A DNA stretch of 64,000 nt from Octopus vulgaris (GCA_951406725.2 OX597822.1:49414001-49478000), one strand, 5' to 3'. Shown: positions 29,119 to 43,855, counted from the first letter of the stretch. Notes: generated by a model not told the origin, from the sequence alone. Translations and numbers: made by a program.

Positions 29119-30295
29119 TAGGCATACCTCACCCTATGTCATTAATCGGTTCCAGGAGACACGTCTTAAGTCGAATTAACTTCTCTCTAGGCTAGGCTAG
29201 GCAAGGCCAAATTTAATTGTCTCTAGGCTAAACCGATCATAACCATTCCCAGTTCTGTACTTCATTTATGAATGTATTTTCAATCATACATGGTTGATAA
29301 AAACATATTTGAAGCTTACAACATATATATATTTATTTATTTTTTAATACACTACAATAAAAAAAGAGAAGTAATCTAAATTTACGAATACAGTTTGGCA
29401 GTGTTTACCTTACATTGCCGATGCTTTATTTATGAACGCGTTTTGCAAAAATGCATGGTAAAATGAAAGCTTTTTTAAGCTTAAAAAACAAATTCAGCAA
29501 CTATTATTATTTTGCAATAGCAGAAAAAAAAAAACTAAATTATTTAAAATTTACCAATACGTACATACAATTTCGTGCTTTACATAGCAAATGTAGATGG
29601 CTGTGGATCGACAATATCAACAGCTGACTCTGGTTGTTCTTGTCGTTCTTGGCGCTTAAAAAAACGGTTGAGAGTTCCTTGAACTGTCTTCCTCTTCTTT
29701 TCCTCAAGGATAACATTGTAAGGAGCAAAAGCTTCGTAACACGCCCCCATAACATTGGAAAAGCGTTTGGATCCATATCTTCGAACATAGAAAAACCTTT
29801 TCCGATCTATGCAAATGTTTGCTGCATTTTCTTAATAGCAAAGTGACGTGGCTCAGGCTCGACTTCCTCTTCTTCCTTATTTTGTTGTTCATGAAGCCCT
29901 ATCAAATCCTCGTTCGTCAGGGGCTTCTTGTCTTTTTCAAATCCATTTCCAGTTCTTTTCTCATAGTCACCAACGTTTTGTTGATGGCAACATTATCAAA
30001 TCCCTTTAAGTCATTCACGAATTGCTTGCATAGCGTCTTCCATACACCGTTTATAACCGTGCTCTGCACATCATTCCATGCCGCTGCTATGTTCTGTACA
30101 GCCTTGTAGATATCGCATCTCTTCGAAAAGTCACGAAGTGTGATGGACTCATCAAGATCAGTTGCAACTATTGCTTGCTACAGCGTACGCTTCATATATT
30201 AACGCTTGAAGATAGCAATTATTCACTGATCCATCGGCTGCAGAAGAGACGTAGTGTTATGAGGGAGATATACGACGGTAACGTTGGGGTTAAAA
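29119..30295 (-). mobile_element. Decayed pogo/Tigger-like DNA transposon
   Basis: Minus strand gives VTVVYLPHNTTSLLQPMDQ*IIAIFKR...NIAAAWNDVQ...INGVWKTL (DDE_1-type). TIR-like AGGCATACCTC near 29120 after a TA tract. Confidence 0.8.
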
Positions 30296-33200
30296 GATAG
30301 GAATATACAGAACGGTTTGAAATGAGAAATTAATTCACACCTTCCTATCAAATTAATATGAAAAAATGTCATTTATGCTAAGATGAAAAATTTCTTTATT
30401 CTTTCTGCAAAATACCCTATTCTTAACCTCAGAGATGAACGCAATTCCTCTTGCATACACAAAACCAAATCTGTATTTTCAAAATATGGATAAAATATTA
30501 TTTAGTTACTTTTATTCCTAATAGTAGCATGCATGCTTAAATTATCTAATAGCTTACTAATCTCTTTCCCTTAATGTTTTATGGTATGTAAACCACTCTT
30601 AAATTTTCCCATTTTATGTTTACTTTTTAACATGTATATATATTTATATACATAGTTTGTGTATATCTATATATACTTATCGATATCTGCATTTATATTT
30701 TTTACCTTTTATGAGATGAAAGCAATGGCTCGCCTATATTCATGACCAGATTTGTGATTTTAATTTTAATACACGGATATAGTATTTTTTAGTAATTTTT
30801 AGTTTTTCTTATTCCTTATACTTACATGTATGTTTAAATTGTTTAATAGCTTATTTACGCCTTTCCCTTGCACTATACTCTCTTTAGCCCTTTTATGGTT
30901 CTCCCATTATATTTATTCCTTATGTCTTTATTCATTTATTTATCTTTTTCTTTGTATATTTTTACTCTTTACTCTATCTATTTTGTTTTATTTATTCTTG
31001 ATTTTATTTTATAATTTTTATATTTTATCAGTATTTATATTTTTACACTCTCTTATTCATATTACTTGGCTTATTAATTTAATAACAATATGATTATAAA
31101 CTCCATATCTATTACAACCTTTTCAATAGTCTTGACTGTCCGTTATTTACACTGCGTTCCTTTGTGTTCGCGCGCATGAGTGGGGTCAGTATGTGTTTGT
31201 TTGTGTGTGTATGTGTGTGTGTGTATGTGTGTGTGTGCCTGTGCATGTATGTATGTATGTATGCATGCTATGTGTATGTACGTATATGTGTGAGTGTGCG
31301 TGTGTTTGCATATGTATGCACCTCTGTTTCCTTTTGTGTGCATTTCTGAGTGTGTGTGTGTGTGTGTTTGCAACTATGTACCATGTTTGTATGTATGGAT
31401 GTGCATCTCTATATGTGTGGACACGTGTTTCCATATGCGCCCTTGTGTGAAGTAAAGTGTGTGTGTATATATGGTCATGTGTTTCAGTTTCCATTTGCGT
31501 ATGTGTGCTTGTCTGTTCATATAAACTATGTACTTATTCGTTTGTATGTTGATCTGTTTATTTTCATATACATATGTTTACATACATGTGCATGTACACA
31601 TATATACCCCACCACACACACACATACATGCAACTATCTACATAACATATGTATATATATATATATATTATAATTACAGTTTTCTAGTACCTACCTCCTA
31701 ATTTAATCATTATTTCCACTATCTTTCAGACTTTAATTAAATATTTTACTTTCTTTTTTCTTCTTAGTCTTGGTAGAATGCTTTAATATGTTTAATTATA
31801 AACCAACTTAACTTACAGTTTGTATCGTATTTTTACTTCATAGCTTGCACACCTCTCTAAGACTATAATCTACACATTTTCTATTTTGCTCAGTTTATTT
31901 GTTTTGCTTTATAGTAATTTACCTATTACCTTCCATTGACTGTTTCTTTATTTTGGCTTTTTATATTTGGTCTTATCTCCATCTATATATACATACTATA
32001 ATTACAGTGTACTTTTACCTATCTCGTAGCAAGAATAATAATTTATAATTCTACTGTATACCCATCTCTCTATTTCAACGTATTTCTATCTCATGTTCAA
32101 TAATTTTTTTTACAATTTTTTTTTATCTCATTGCATGAATGATTATATCTGCTGGCTCTCATTTTCTGTATATCCCTAATTTAGATTATTCACAGTTAGC
32201 TCTTCACCTCTATATTAAATGCCTGCTTTCGGTTTTGAGGACTTTATATTTAACTGCTTAAATAATATATTAATTAGTTTTAATTTAACTTGTTGAATGG
32301 TCCATATTTAATCCCTTATTACTTTTATTAGCATATGTTTATTCCCTATAATTCTTACTATATCTACTTACCTGATCCTCGTAGAATATTTACATCTAGT
32401 ATCTCACCAAGGGAACACTATACATCTGAAATTTAAAAAAAATTGTGAATAGTTCTTTATCTTTATTCGTCTACCTCAATAATAAGTTTTGTAAGGGGTG
32501 AAAGGTAATGTTTTGTGAGTCTTTATTCATTTATTTATCTTTTTCTTTATATATCTTTACTCTATTTGGTTTTATTTATTCTTGTTTTTATTTTATAATT
32601 TTTATGTAACCTAACATTAAGTTATTATTCTTATTAGTCCTTTAACCCTTTGGATATTTATAATAGTAATAGATTGCCTGAATTGTCTTCCACCTTAAAT
32701 ATATATTAATAATACTCGCTTGTATTAAACTCTACATATTAATATTTCATTGGTGTAATACCTATGGACATATCACAATATGACAATTTTACCAATTGAG
32801 TTTTTCTTTTACTTAACACTCTAGATGAATATATTGTTATATTCTTGCTTTACAACTCCAGTATACATAACAATACTCCCCCTTCGAAGGTTTATACCAT
32901 GTTTTATACTACGTACTTTATGTATGAATTTTATCAGTTAACGGTTTGCAGCTGTTTACTCAACCTGCTGGAATCGAACAGCTATTTTGTATATCTTAAA
33001 CCACCTCTGAAGAGAATTGACTTTCAGATAATTTTTAATTTTATTAATTTTCTGATGGTCTGAAATAAGCAAAAGAATGAATGAAAGAGAAAGGAGGAAT
33101 TCCAACCACGTTTCGTGGTTTGCTACCTCAACAGCTACAGCTCATTCATAGGATCCAGTGGCTAAAGACATCATCAGAAGCAACCACGTCCGGTTTCGGC

Positions 33201-33663
33201 CCCTAGTTCCCCTTCCGTTTTCGACATGGCACTTTTAGAAGTGTTTCAGCTCTTGTGTTGAGTGCACTTCTTTTCCCTACAGCCAGCAGCAGCTAGTTGT
33301 CATGTGACACTGTCTAAACTTCAACTGACCAATGGAGGGGTGGTGCGCGTAATCTTAACCCGCGGACTCTCTAAACCCGCATTCCAACAGTGTCGTGTTA
33401 GTTTCAGTTCCAGTAGCCAGAGCCGACCAGCTGTTTGGTAGTACAAGCCTTCGAACCATGAGGGGGAACCATGAACGAGGCCTCTACCTGTCAATCAGCG
33501 ATGCTGCTTAAGTGTCAGCTAGTCTCACCTATGAAATCATATGATTTGCAGCTGAAGGCGCATTTCGAGAGCTGCATTCCATCACGTTCGACACAAAATG
33601 TGTTTATATGGTAGTTTTCACTTTAAGAGTCCCTCCTAGCGTGAGGCATATATGTATAGTAGT

Positions 33664-33727
<64 letters not shown>

Positions 33728-33753
33728 TATTTATGTGTATATATATATATCTT

Positions 33754-33792
<39 letters not shown>

Positions 33793-34203
33793 ATACACAC
33801 AAACACACACACACACATATATATATATGCTTGTATATTCATGTCTGTAAGGTCATATTCGTGTGACCTTGTGTGATATCGACACTACCTGTTGGAAACG
33901 TCGTTTATTGCATCAGCATTATCGCAAAACGATGACTTAAATTACTTTACAAAAATATCTGGCTTACACTGTAATAAAACATGAAAAAGGAGACAATTAT
34001 GCAGCAAAATACACTTAAACTTCCCCACAAACGATTAATAAATCTAAATAGATGTATTTCGTGAAATCTGGGATTATTAAAGTAGAGAATCGTAATTGTA
34101 TAACACGTTTCCCAAAATCGAATTGCGCTAACGTTGACCGGGTCAGTTAATATATATGTAAAATTAGATGAAATATGAAGATTGAGCAGCAACGCTGATT
34201 ATG

Positions 34204-34245
<42 letters not shown>

Positions 34246-34262
34246 CATACATACATGCATAC

Positions 34263-34308
<46 letters not shown>

Positions 34309-34578
34309 AATACATATATATATATACATATATGCATATATATATATATACATATATATATATATGTATATATATGTATATATGCGTATATAAATATATA
34401 TATGTATATAAATATATATATATATATATATATACATATATACGTATATAAATATATATATATACGTATATAAATATATATATATATGTATATAAATATA
34501 TATATATATACGTATATAAATATATATATATATATGCATCTAAATATATATATATATACATGTATATATATATGTATC

Positions 34579-34639
<61 letters not shown>

Positions 34640-34640
34640 C

Positions 34641-34711
<71 letters not shown>

Positions 34712-34965
34712 CTGTATCTAAATATATATACATATATCTAAATATATATATATATATATATATTCCATAATTATAAACATAATTATACATTATTTGTATA
34801 ATTTTACCTATAATATTTATTTTAACGTACCGATCTACTTGTTAAAATTATTAATTGATTGATTGATTAATAAATTAATTCATTTAATTAATTTTACTCT
34901 TTTATTATAAATTCTGAATTTTGTATACATACATACATACACACCACTCATATATATACCTATAT

Positions 34966-35137
34966 GGGCGCAGGGATGGCTGTGCGGTAAGTTGCTTGCT
35001 TATCAACCACATAGTACCGTGTTCAGTTCGACTGCGTGGCACCTTGGGTATGTGTCTTCTACTATAGTCCCGGGTTGACCAAAGCCTTGTGTGTAGTTTT
35101 CGTAGATAGAAACTGAAAGAAGCACTTTTTGTATATA

Positions 35138-35185
<48 letters not shown>

Positions 35186-35402
35186 TGTGTGTGTGTGTTT
35201 TCTTTCTGTCCCTCGAACATCGTTTGGCAACCGATGCTGGTGTGTTTACATTCACGTAACTTAGTAGTTCGGCAAAAGACAATGACACAATAAGCACCAG
35301 GCTTACAAAGAATAAGTCCTCGGGTCGATTTGCTCGACTAAAGGCGGTGCTCCCGTGTGGCCGCAGTCAAAATACTGAAATAAATAAATGAATAAAAGAA
35401 TA
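34966..35402 (+). mobile_element. SINE-A, full-length and uninterrupted
   Basis: GGCGCAGGGATGGCTGTGCGGTAAG head, internal TA/TG microsatellite, tail GGCGGTGCTCC..GGCCGCAGTCAAA. Confidence 0.85.
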
Positions 35403-35599
35403 CATATGTATATATATCTATATATACATACATATGTACACACACGGAAACACACACACACACAAACACACACACAGGCACACACACACACGTATTTATA
35501 TATATATATATATAATTGAAATTCAGTTGAATTAGGTACTTAAGTTGAAGCACCAAGTCAGTCCAGAATTATCAGAACATCTCGAAAGAAGGTGAATAA

Positions 35600-36120
35600 A
35601 ATCAAAATAACCAACAAGATATCAAGTAGTGATGCAGTACGACCATTTGAAGCAACTCCATTTAATTGAACAAGGAAATCATTACATCAATTTAAAGGGA
35701 GTGCCATCTCCAGCTGCACAAATGAAGAAAGAGAATCTTATCCAGTCGGACACAATATAATTTTACCAAAATATTTTAACAGAGCAAAATGGAAGAAATT
35801 CATGTTGTCGCTATTGAAGTTAAGAATAGACTACACTTCCAAGGATCGAATGAAGGCTATTGTGGTTAGGTTATCGGATTGTAATTCATTTCTAATTCAT
35901 TTTGTAATTCATTTCTAAATCATTTATCTCTTTATCAACTACTAAATCTAAGACTCGAAGACTGTCTATTTTGAACGGACAAAAGTGAGTTGACAGCTCA
36001 TGGTTAGGAATAGTCACAAATATTGTCATATGTATCGCTTTTCCTCAAAGAGGAAAGAAGTCATTAGAAGTAGTCAACTGGACAAAAAGTAGCTGTCTAT
36101 AAAAAGAGGCTGGGTAGGTG
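35600..36120 (-). mobile_element. Second copy of the PLE 3' repeat with HHR-like motif (35633-35718)
   Basis: Homologous to 21230-21740. Minus strand: TGCAG-CTGGAGA...TCAAA-TGGTCG-TA-CTGCA. Confidence 0.7.
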
Positions 36121-36959
36121 AAAGGGATAGGATGCTAAGTAGCTAAGATATTAATACAGAGGAAATTTTATTTTGGGGCATTATGGGTGATTGTTTAAAA
36201 GTAATATTTTTATGTTGTGTAGAAAAAAATAAAATTTAAGATTTTCAAAGATGATATCATAACCAAAATAGGTAAAACGTGTGTATATATCAATTGTACA
36301 CATTAAAAAAGAAAAACTGCATTGAATCAGTTTAATATTCATTCATGTACTTAATTATATATAAGTTGGTTTCTATAAAGGCTGCCCCGGGCATTTACTT
36401 ATGGAATAACTGGAAATATAACCATGCTATCTATATATTAATTTTAAGCCATGAATCAGAAGAAATAAAGATGTGTACAGATACACACACATGCACACAT
36501 ACACATACGCAAATATTTATACTTTTATAATAATCTCGCATAGAATTAACTGAAAATATCTAAGAACAGGAAAATTTATAAGGGATAAGAGTGTAATAGG
36601 TTATGCGCATGTATGCATATATACACCTGCACAAATATATGTGTATATATGCATATATGCACATAACCTATTAATCTCCTATCTCTTATAAATTATTTTA
36701 CTTCTTCTTGTTGCTTATTTTAATTTATATCTATATACTATATATGTATATATGTATGTATATATATATATGAGTGTGTGCCTATGTGTGTATATGTAGG
36801 TATTTATATATACATACATTTATATATATACATACAAATATATACGTACACATACATACACACACCACACACGCGCTCACACATACACACATATTAATTA
36901 AAACAATTTGATACGATTCCATGCAAATGAAAGTATCGGAGACCTCTTAAAGAAGCCCG

Positions 36960-36996
<37 letters not shown>

Positions 36997-37157
36997 AAGT
37001 ACAAGGAAAGGAAAAATTCTAAGTGTAGACTATCTTTAGTGTATGCTGGTTTTGAATTATCTGACGTTCTAATTATCTTTCATTCTATTATTATTTGTCC
37101 ATTCCCGTCTGGACTCTGATAGATCTTTGCATATTTTTTGGGTCGTAATTATTCATA

Positions 37158-37255
37158 CCAATATGTACTCTCTGACGAAGAATCTAATTTTTAATTCAAG
37201 AAGAGTTTTTCGTTTTTGTCTCTAGACTCCGAAATAATTTGTAAAATTATATTGG
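37158..37255 (+). ncRNA. Degenerate minimal hammerhead-like motif in a PLE-like repeat
   Basis: CCAATAT..-CTGACGA-A-GAATCTA...TAGACTC-CGAAA-TAATTTG-TA-..ATATTGG. The repeat ends in a TA microsatellite. Confidence 0.45.
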
Positions 37256-37401
37256 TTCTGTACCAACCTGGATTGTGAATTAAAGATCATCTACACCTAT
37301 AATTTTTCCTTTACTTATACCTCATTTATTGTTTTTTAAATACTGAATATATATTTTTATGTATATTCTTTACTTGGACTGTACCGACGGACATGAATGT
37401 T

Positions 37402-37469
<68 letters not shown>

Positions 37470-37704
37470 ATGTGTGTGTGCGTGTGTGTGCGGACAATTG
37501 TATAAACGTTTGATTATATAGAAGAATGAATGTATATAGATAATTATTATCTATGCTATTACTTCTAAATTTATATTTTTGCCATCGCTTCTGTTTTACA
37601 GCACTCAGTTAAAATTAAACCTTCTTAGCAATAATCTTATTTCTATATATTTGTGTCATATAAAGTGATATAAAGTTACGTTTTACATATATATAGCACG
37701 TGTG

Positions 37705-37739
<35 letters not shown>

Positions 37740-38287
37740 CATACACACACAGCACATAGACACCTAGATTTGACTAATGACAACTTGTGGAGCTACCAAA
37801 TAACTAATTGTCAAAAGAACATTATGTAAGTCTAACAAGGTAATTAGGTCTGAAGGATCTGTTCAGTAACGAAGTTTCAATCAGTTGCACTGTAATCAAG
37901 TCATTGTATGATCACATTAGTAGGACGAAAACATTAATTCTTCACACGAAAAATCAGTGATAATTAAATGAAATGGTTTGTGTCTTTATAGATGGCTAAA
38001 TGACTCACGATAAAATACATTCTTTTCCGACACAGGATCTCACATCACGTCACATGCCACTAAGAACCGCAGACTGAAATTCCTGATCTGTGGGAAGATT
38101 TAAAAAGCGCGTGTAAAACAGCACCTAAAGTGTGTCTATCCGCTAATGTAAGTCAATATTGATCAGAAAATTCCAGCTGCAAACGTTCGATTAAGAAAAA
38201 ATGATATTAATTTGAAAACTGTATATGCATATACATTGTATATGCATATACACTGTATATGCATATACACTGTATATGCAGCAGTGT

Positions 38288-38783
38288 GGAGGCGCAATGG
38301 CCCAGCGGTTAAGGCAGCGGACACGCGGTCGTAGGATCGCGGTTTCGATTGTGAGTGTTTATTGAGCGAAAACACCTAAAGCTCCACGAGGCTCCGGCAG
38401 TGTGTGGTATTGAACCCTGCTGTACTCTTTCACCACAACTTTCTCCTCTCACTCTTTCTTCCTGTTTCTGTTGCACCTGTATTTCAAAGGGCCAGCCTTG
38501 TCACACCCTGTGTCACGCTGAATCTCCCCGAGAACTACGTTAAGGGTACACGTATCTGTGGAGTGCTCAGCCACTTGCACGTTAATAAATGAGCTGCGAC
38601 GTCACTGGTGCCAAGCTTTATCTGCTGTTGCCTTTCCCTTGGATAACACTGGTGGTGTGGAGAGGGGAGGCTGGTATGCGTGGGCAACTGCTGGTCTTGC
38701 ATAAATTACCTTGCCCAGACTTGTACCTCGGAAGGTAACTTTCTAGGTGCAATCCCATGGTCATTTATGACTGAAGGGGGTCA
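38288..38783 (+). mobile_element. SINE-C (tRNA-derived, resembles octopus OR-type), long-tail variant
   Basis: tRNA-like head GGAGGCGCAATGGCCCAGCGGTTAAGGCAGCGG...GGTTTCGATT; shares head and core with 44105-44383. Confidence 0.8.
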
Positions 38784-39683
38784 CAACAATATGCATCAGT
38801 CACTTAGTGGATAAGTGTAAGAGAACGGTATAGAAGGCTTAGATTATTGTTGCTGCTGCTGTTGTTTAACCCAAACTCTATTCCAACAGAGCAGATCTAT
38901 GATCAAATACATTCCAGTTGTGATCATGACTTGTACTTAGGCAGAGTAAACCATGGACAACTATATTAAATAGTTCTTTATTGAGACGGTAGAGTTAACT
39001 TTTTAGCAGATAGAAGATCTGGGACATTGCTTCCTCTAGGAATTATTCAATGTGTTATCGTCAATTTTTAGAGCATCTTATGAAATATCTGGAAGTATTT
39101 GCCCCGAAGATCTGAGTTCAAGTCTCAGCAAGGTCACCTTTGACTTTATCCCTTCGTGGGTCGATAAATAATGTACTAATCCAGTGTGGTGAATTAATGG
39201 AATTGGTATAGCACTGGATGAAATAATTTGTCTTTTACTTCGAAATTCCACCAACCAGACTCTTTCGTGTTTAACGTGAATGTGACTATAATTGCTGGAA
39301 AACTTATCAGTGATTGGCTCTGTCATTGTTAGCCTAGACCTAAGTAACACCAACAATATGAACAGACAACGAATTCTAATGAGATAGCTGAACAGCGGTC
39401 AATGCAGGAAGTAGTGTTACCTTTCAGAGAATCCATTTTCATTGCTACTAATATTTAATGTTTACGAGTCATACATACATATTGACAAACATATATATAT
39501 ATATATATTGTACTCTATTTTTCGTTGATTAAAAGAAATGTCCATTTCCTTGGTTTTGTTTTTATGCTTTCATTTCTCATTATGTTCGACGTTTTTTTGG
39601 TGTCCTGTACCCATATATGCATGTAGAGGTAGGTACGTACATATATGTATGTATATATGCATATGTTTTATTTATTAATTTAT

Positions 39684-39735
<52 letters not shown>

Positions 39736-39815
39736 TGTCTGTGTGTGTGTGTTTGTGTGTGTATATATGTATGTATATACACACATATATATGTAATATG
39801 TTATTTTATTATATA

Positions 39816-39989
39816 TATATGTAATATTTGCAGCGTGGAAGGTGTTTGTAAGCCATTTAAGAAACACACAAAAGCCGTTCGATTCACTTCAACATCTAAG
39901 TTTAATTTGTCAAAATATTTTCGTCGCTAAAATCCGCGACCTGTTCACTGACAAAAATCACTTGCTATGCGAGTACATCTCCGTAAAAC
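39816..39989 (-). mobile_element. Short insert with hammerhead-shaped motif, flanked by 28-bp direct repeats
   Basis: TATATGTAATATGTTATTTTATTATATA at 39788-39815 and 39990-40017. Motif at 39907-39954. Confidence 0.6.
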
Positions 39990-41000
39990 TATATGTAATA
40001 TGTTATTTTATTATATAAAGTCATAAATTCTAATATCACGACAAATTATTTTGTTACTTCAAAACATGTGAATTTATATTATTATATTTGATAATAATAT
40101 ATCACTTACATGCCTGCAGTAACGCAAAATACAGAAAATCCTCCATAATAATACAGAATTTATGCTACATCGTCAGGTGAAAGGAAGTCTTTGTTAAATA
40201 GTAGGTTCTCGACGTAACTTTATAGGAACAGAATAACAGTAGAGTATGATTTCAAGGAGGTTTGAACAGATGTTGCTGGCTGGTCATTATTTGTGGTTTT
40301 CTTTACAGGCATTAAAAAATACATGTTCAGTCTAATTATAAATCATATCGAGGGACTAGAAGTAATGGACATTCATATGTCACTGTTTAATACGACAAAA
40401 TGTATTGTCGTAGCTATTCCCACCTAATAGGCATAAAGCTATCATGGGAAGGAGAAAAATATTAAAAGTGATTCGAGTAATAATACACGTGTTTACGTGT
40501 CGAAGTCGTAAAGTTATAGAGTCAATATTTATTTTCAATTTTTGGATAACAGTATTATAGTGATATTTCTAAAATAGAAAAACGATGTTTCTGCGTGGTA
40601 ACCTGCTTTTCGGTGGATTACATGAATATATAACTTTGTACATATAATTTCGCAAACAGTAAAGATATTTGATCGCCTCACTTTCCACCACATTCTCCGC
40701 TCCCACGCACATACAGGCATCCTAATACTATCTAAACCAAAACTTTTACAAAATAAAATCAATGCAGTAAACAGCCAACTTTTTCTTTGAAGTTTGGTGG
40801 TGAAACCAATCGACAATTTTAAGATTTGTTACATCTTATTAGCAAATTATATGAACATAGTTCGCTTCAATGACAAGATCGTCTCCAAACTGCATTCACT
40901 TTATTTTCCACAAGATTGCTTTAGTGGATATTTACAGAGTTATAACCCTTGATTTTATTTTTACATTGTATAACCCACTTGAGGGATATATATATATATA

Positions 41001-41758
41001 CTAGCAGTATCGCCCGGCGTTGCTCAGGTTTGTAAGGGAAATAACTATAAAGCATTTTTAGAGAGTTATAGCCAAAAAATAGAAAAAAAATGATGGTAAA
41101 TTTTTTTGAGAGTTAAAACAGGTGGAGTTGCGTCCCCTAGACGGTCTGTGGTTTGGGTTTCTCATTCTCGACCCCATGTCGAATTTATCGTTTTTTTTCA
41201 GAACTGGGGGAACTTTTCAAATTTTTCGCTGCGTTAGTTTTGAATTATGACATTGGGCTATGTGTGTGTTAAGTTTCATCAGAATCGGTTGAAAGCCGTG
41301 GTCAGAGTGAGGGTACGAGAAAACAGACACACAGAAACACGCACAGACAAACTGCCGTTTATATAGAGAGAGATAGCAGTATCGCCCGGCGTTGCTCAGG
41401 TTTGTAAGGGAAATAACTATAAAGCATTTTTAGAGAGTTATAGCCAAAAAATAGCAAAAAAATGGAAAAAAAATGATGGTAAATTTTTTTTGAGAGTTAA
41501 AACAGGTGGAGTTGCGTCCCCTAGACGATCTGTGGTTTGGGTTTCTCATTCTCGACCCCATGTCGAATTTATCGATTTTTTTTCAGAACTGGGGGAACTT
41601 TTCAAAATTTTCGCTGCGTTAGTTTTGAATTATGACATTGGGCTATGTGTGTGTCAAGTTTCATCAGAATCGGTTGAAAGCCGTGGTCAGAGTGAGGGTA
41701 CGAGAAAACAGACACACAGAAACACGCACAGACAAACTGCCGTTTATATAGAGAGAGA
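41001..41758 (-). mobile_element. Non-autonomous Helitron, head-to-tail dimer
   Basis: Near-identical units 41001-41373 and 41374-41758. The minus strand begins TCTCTCTCTATATAAACGGC and ends GAGCAACGCCGGGCGATACTGCTAG. It sits between A and T in a TA tract. Confidence 0.85.
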
Positions 41759-41919
41759 TATATATATATATCTTTAAAAATGTATAGAGGTAGAATGTTA
41801 ATTTTATTAATAGCTCTTTTCTATCTACATATTCCATTTTAGTAATATTTTTGATAAGTTGTCTCAAAAACCGAAACATGTAGAACAGAACCAAAATATT
41901 CTTCTTTTAACGTATACTA

Positions 41920-42110
41920 TTTTACTTGTTTCAGTCACTTGACTGCGGCCATGCAGGAGCACCACCCTTAGTCGAGCAAATCGACCTCAGGACTTATTCT
42001 TTGTAAGCCTAGTACTTATTCTATCGATCCCTTTCGCCGAACCGCTAATTGCGGGGACGTAAACTTACCAGCATCGGTTGTCAAGCGATGTTGGGGGGGG
42101 GGGGGTACAA
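41920..42110 (-). mobile_element. SINE-A 3' half
   Basis: CTTGTTTCAGTCACTTGACTGCGGCCATGCAGGAGCACC tail. Confidence 0.8.
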
Positions 42111-42137
42111 ACACACACACACACACACACACACACG

Positions 42138-42170
<33 letters not shown>

Positions 42171-42929
42171 AGGTGTGCACCTTTATATACGCGTATATAC
42201 ACGTTTGTATAGGTGTGTACGCAGGTACGTATATGAATGCGTTTATATATGTGTGTGTGTGTGTGTGTGTGTACGTATACTTATACGTGTGTAGGTACGT
42301 GCTCTTGTGCGCGTGTACGCGTGTAGTTATATGTGTATGCGTATGTACACTTGTATGCGCATTTCTAATTCCACCTTGTCCGAGTGCATGGAGGTGCGCA
42401 TGCACGGGCGTAGGCATGCGAATAGATATACCTGTTTCTGTGCATATACATATATGCATAGGAACTTACTCCCTCATGTGTGTGAGTGTGGGTGTATGCA
42501 TATTTTTGTGCATAAGCATAGGGATTTACTTCCTCATGTGTGTGAGTGTGTGTGTGAGTGTGTGTGTATGTGCGTATGTACGTGTATGTGTATACGTACG
42601 TATGCGCGTCAGTTCTTGTACCCAACTACATGCGCTTTCTTCCGTATGTGTATGTATGTGTATATTGAGATATTTGTGTATGTGCGCATATACGTATATA
42701 AGTGGGTAGATGTGCGGGCTTAATATATGTACGTGTGAGTATGTATTTGTATGTATACGAGTGCGTCTCCAGAGACGTGTTAATGTATATGCTTTTATGT
42801 ATTTAGTTTGTGCGGGTTTAGGTATCTGTACGTAGCGGGACGTATGTATATGCGTATCTCTGTCGGTATTTTTACATGAGAGTACGTATGTAATATATAC
42901 GTGTGGATGTGTATGTGTATGCATGCGTT

Positions 42930-43800
42930 GACCGTTAGTAACACAGACAATTTACGAGAAAGTAGATAACTTGTGCCACAAACCAGACAACCTACATTGA
43001 CCATCCACTTGGTCTCCAGACAATTAACCTAATTTATGACACCCCCAATTACAACCTTAGGCTTCAACAACCGAATATGTCCTTTTTCTGTACCTTACGT
43101 TATCTTCTGACCACCCTTGTAGTACTTCACCCCTTTATATTTCTTTATCCCTTTATATTTTCTTTAATTTCCTTATCCTTGTTTTTTTCGTCTTTATTTT
43201 TCGCTTTTTTATCTTTATCTCTATTTATTTATATTCCCATGTTTTTTTCACGTCTGTGTGTATTTATGTATTTATATATTTATATACTTAGATAATTTTT
43301 TATATTCTTATATTTTTATATATTTAAAAATTTTTTACTCCTTTGTAATTTTTCGCTCTTTTACTACTTTTTGCACCCACTACTCTCCATCTTTGTGATC
43401 CCTAACTCAATAAAGATTCACCTCAACTCCGCCCCTCTCTATCTCAACATCCAACTTCCTCATTCTACATCGAGTGAAAAACGGGATGCACGCTTTGATT
43501 TTGTTTTGGTGCCTCGCTCTGTCGTACGCGACTATGAGGATTTGCATCCCCAACGTAAAACTTATAATGTAATACATGTCCTTGAAGTAGTAATTGTACG
43601 CAGCTGAAGAAGGCTATAGACACACATTTACATCAATTATGCATTGTTATAAACCGTCTAATAAAGACCCGAAACATATGTACCGCTAAATCCTTTGCAT
43701 CATGTTTTTATTTTGATAAATATACTCTATCACCTACACCACTAAATGTCATATACAGGTGCTTACAATTATCAAGTATTCACCCTGAATTTTTTGTACC
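42930..43800 (+). mobile_element. Probable PLE 3' end/pLTR with minimal hammerhead (43600-43686)
   Basis: GCAG-CTGAAGA-AGG...CCC-GAAA-CATATG(palindromic stem III)-TA-CCGC. Ends at a microsatellite. Confidence 0.55.
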
Positions 43801-43812
43801 TATCTATCTATC

Positions 43813-43854
<42 letters not shown>

Positions 43855-43855
<1 letters not shown>

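Noticed and set aside
33060-33600. GC-richer segment with CCAAT as a promoter
   Set aside because: No linked gene or transcript evidence; it could equally be an old TE fragment.
38288-38350. tRNA gene
   Set aside because: The tRNA-like head continues into a SINE body and lacks a full cloverleaf.
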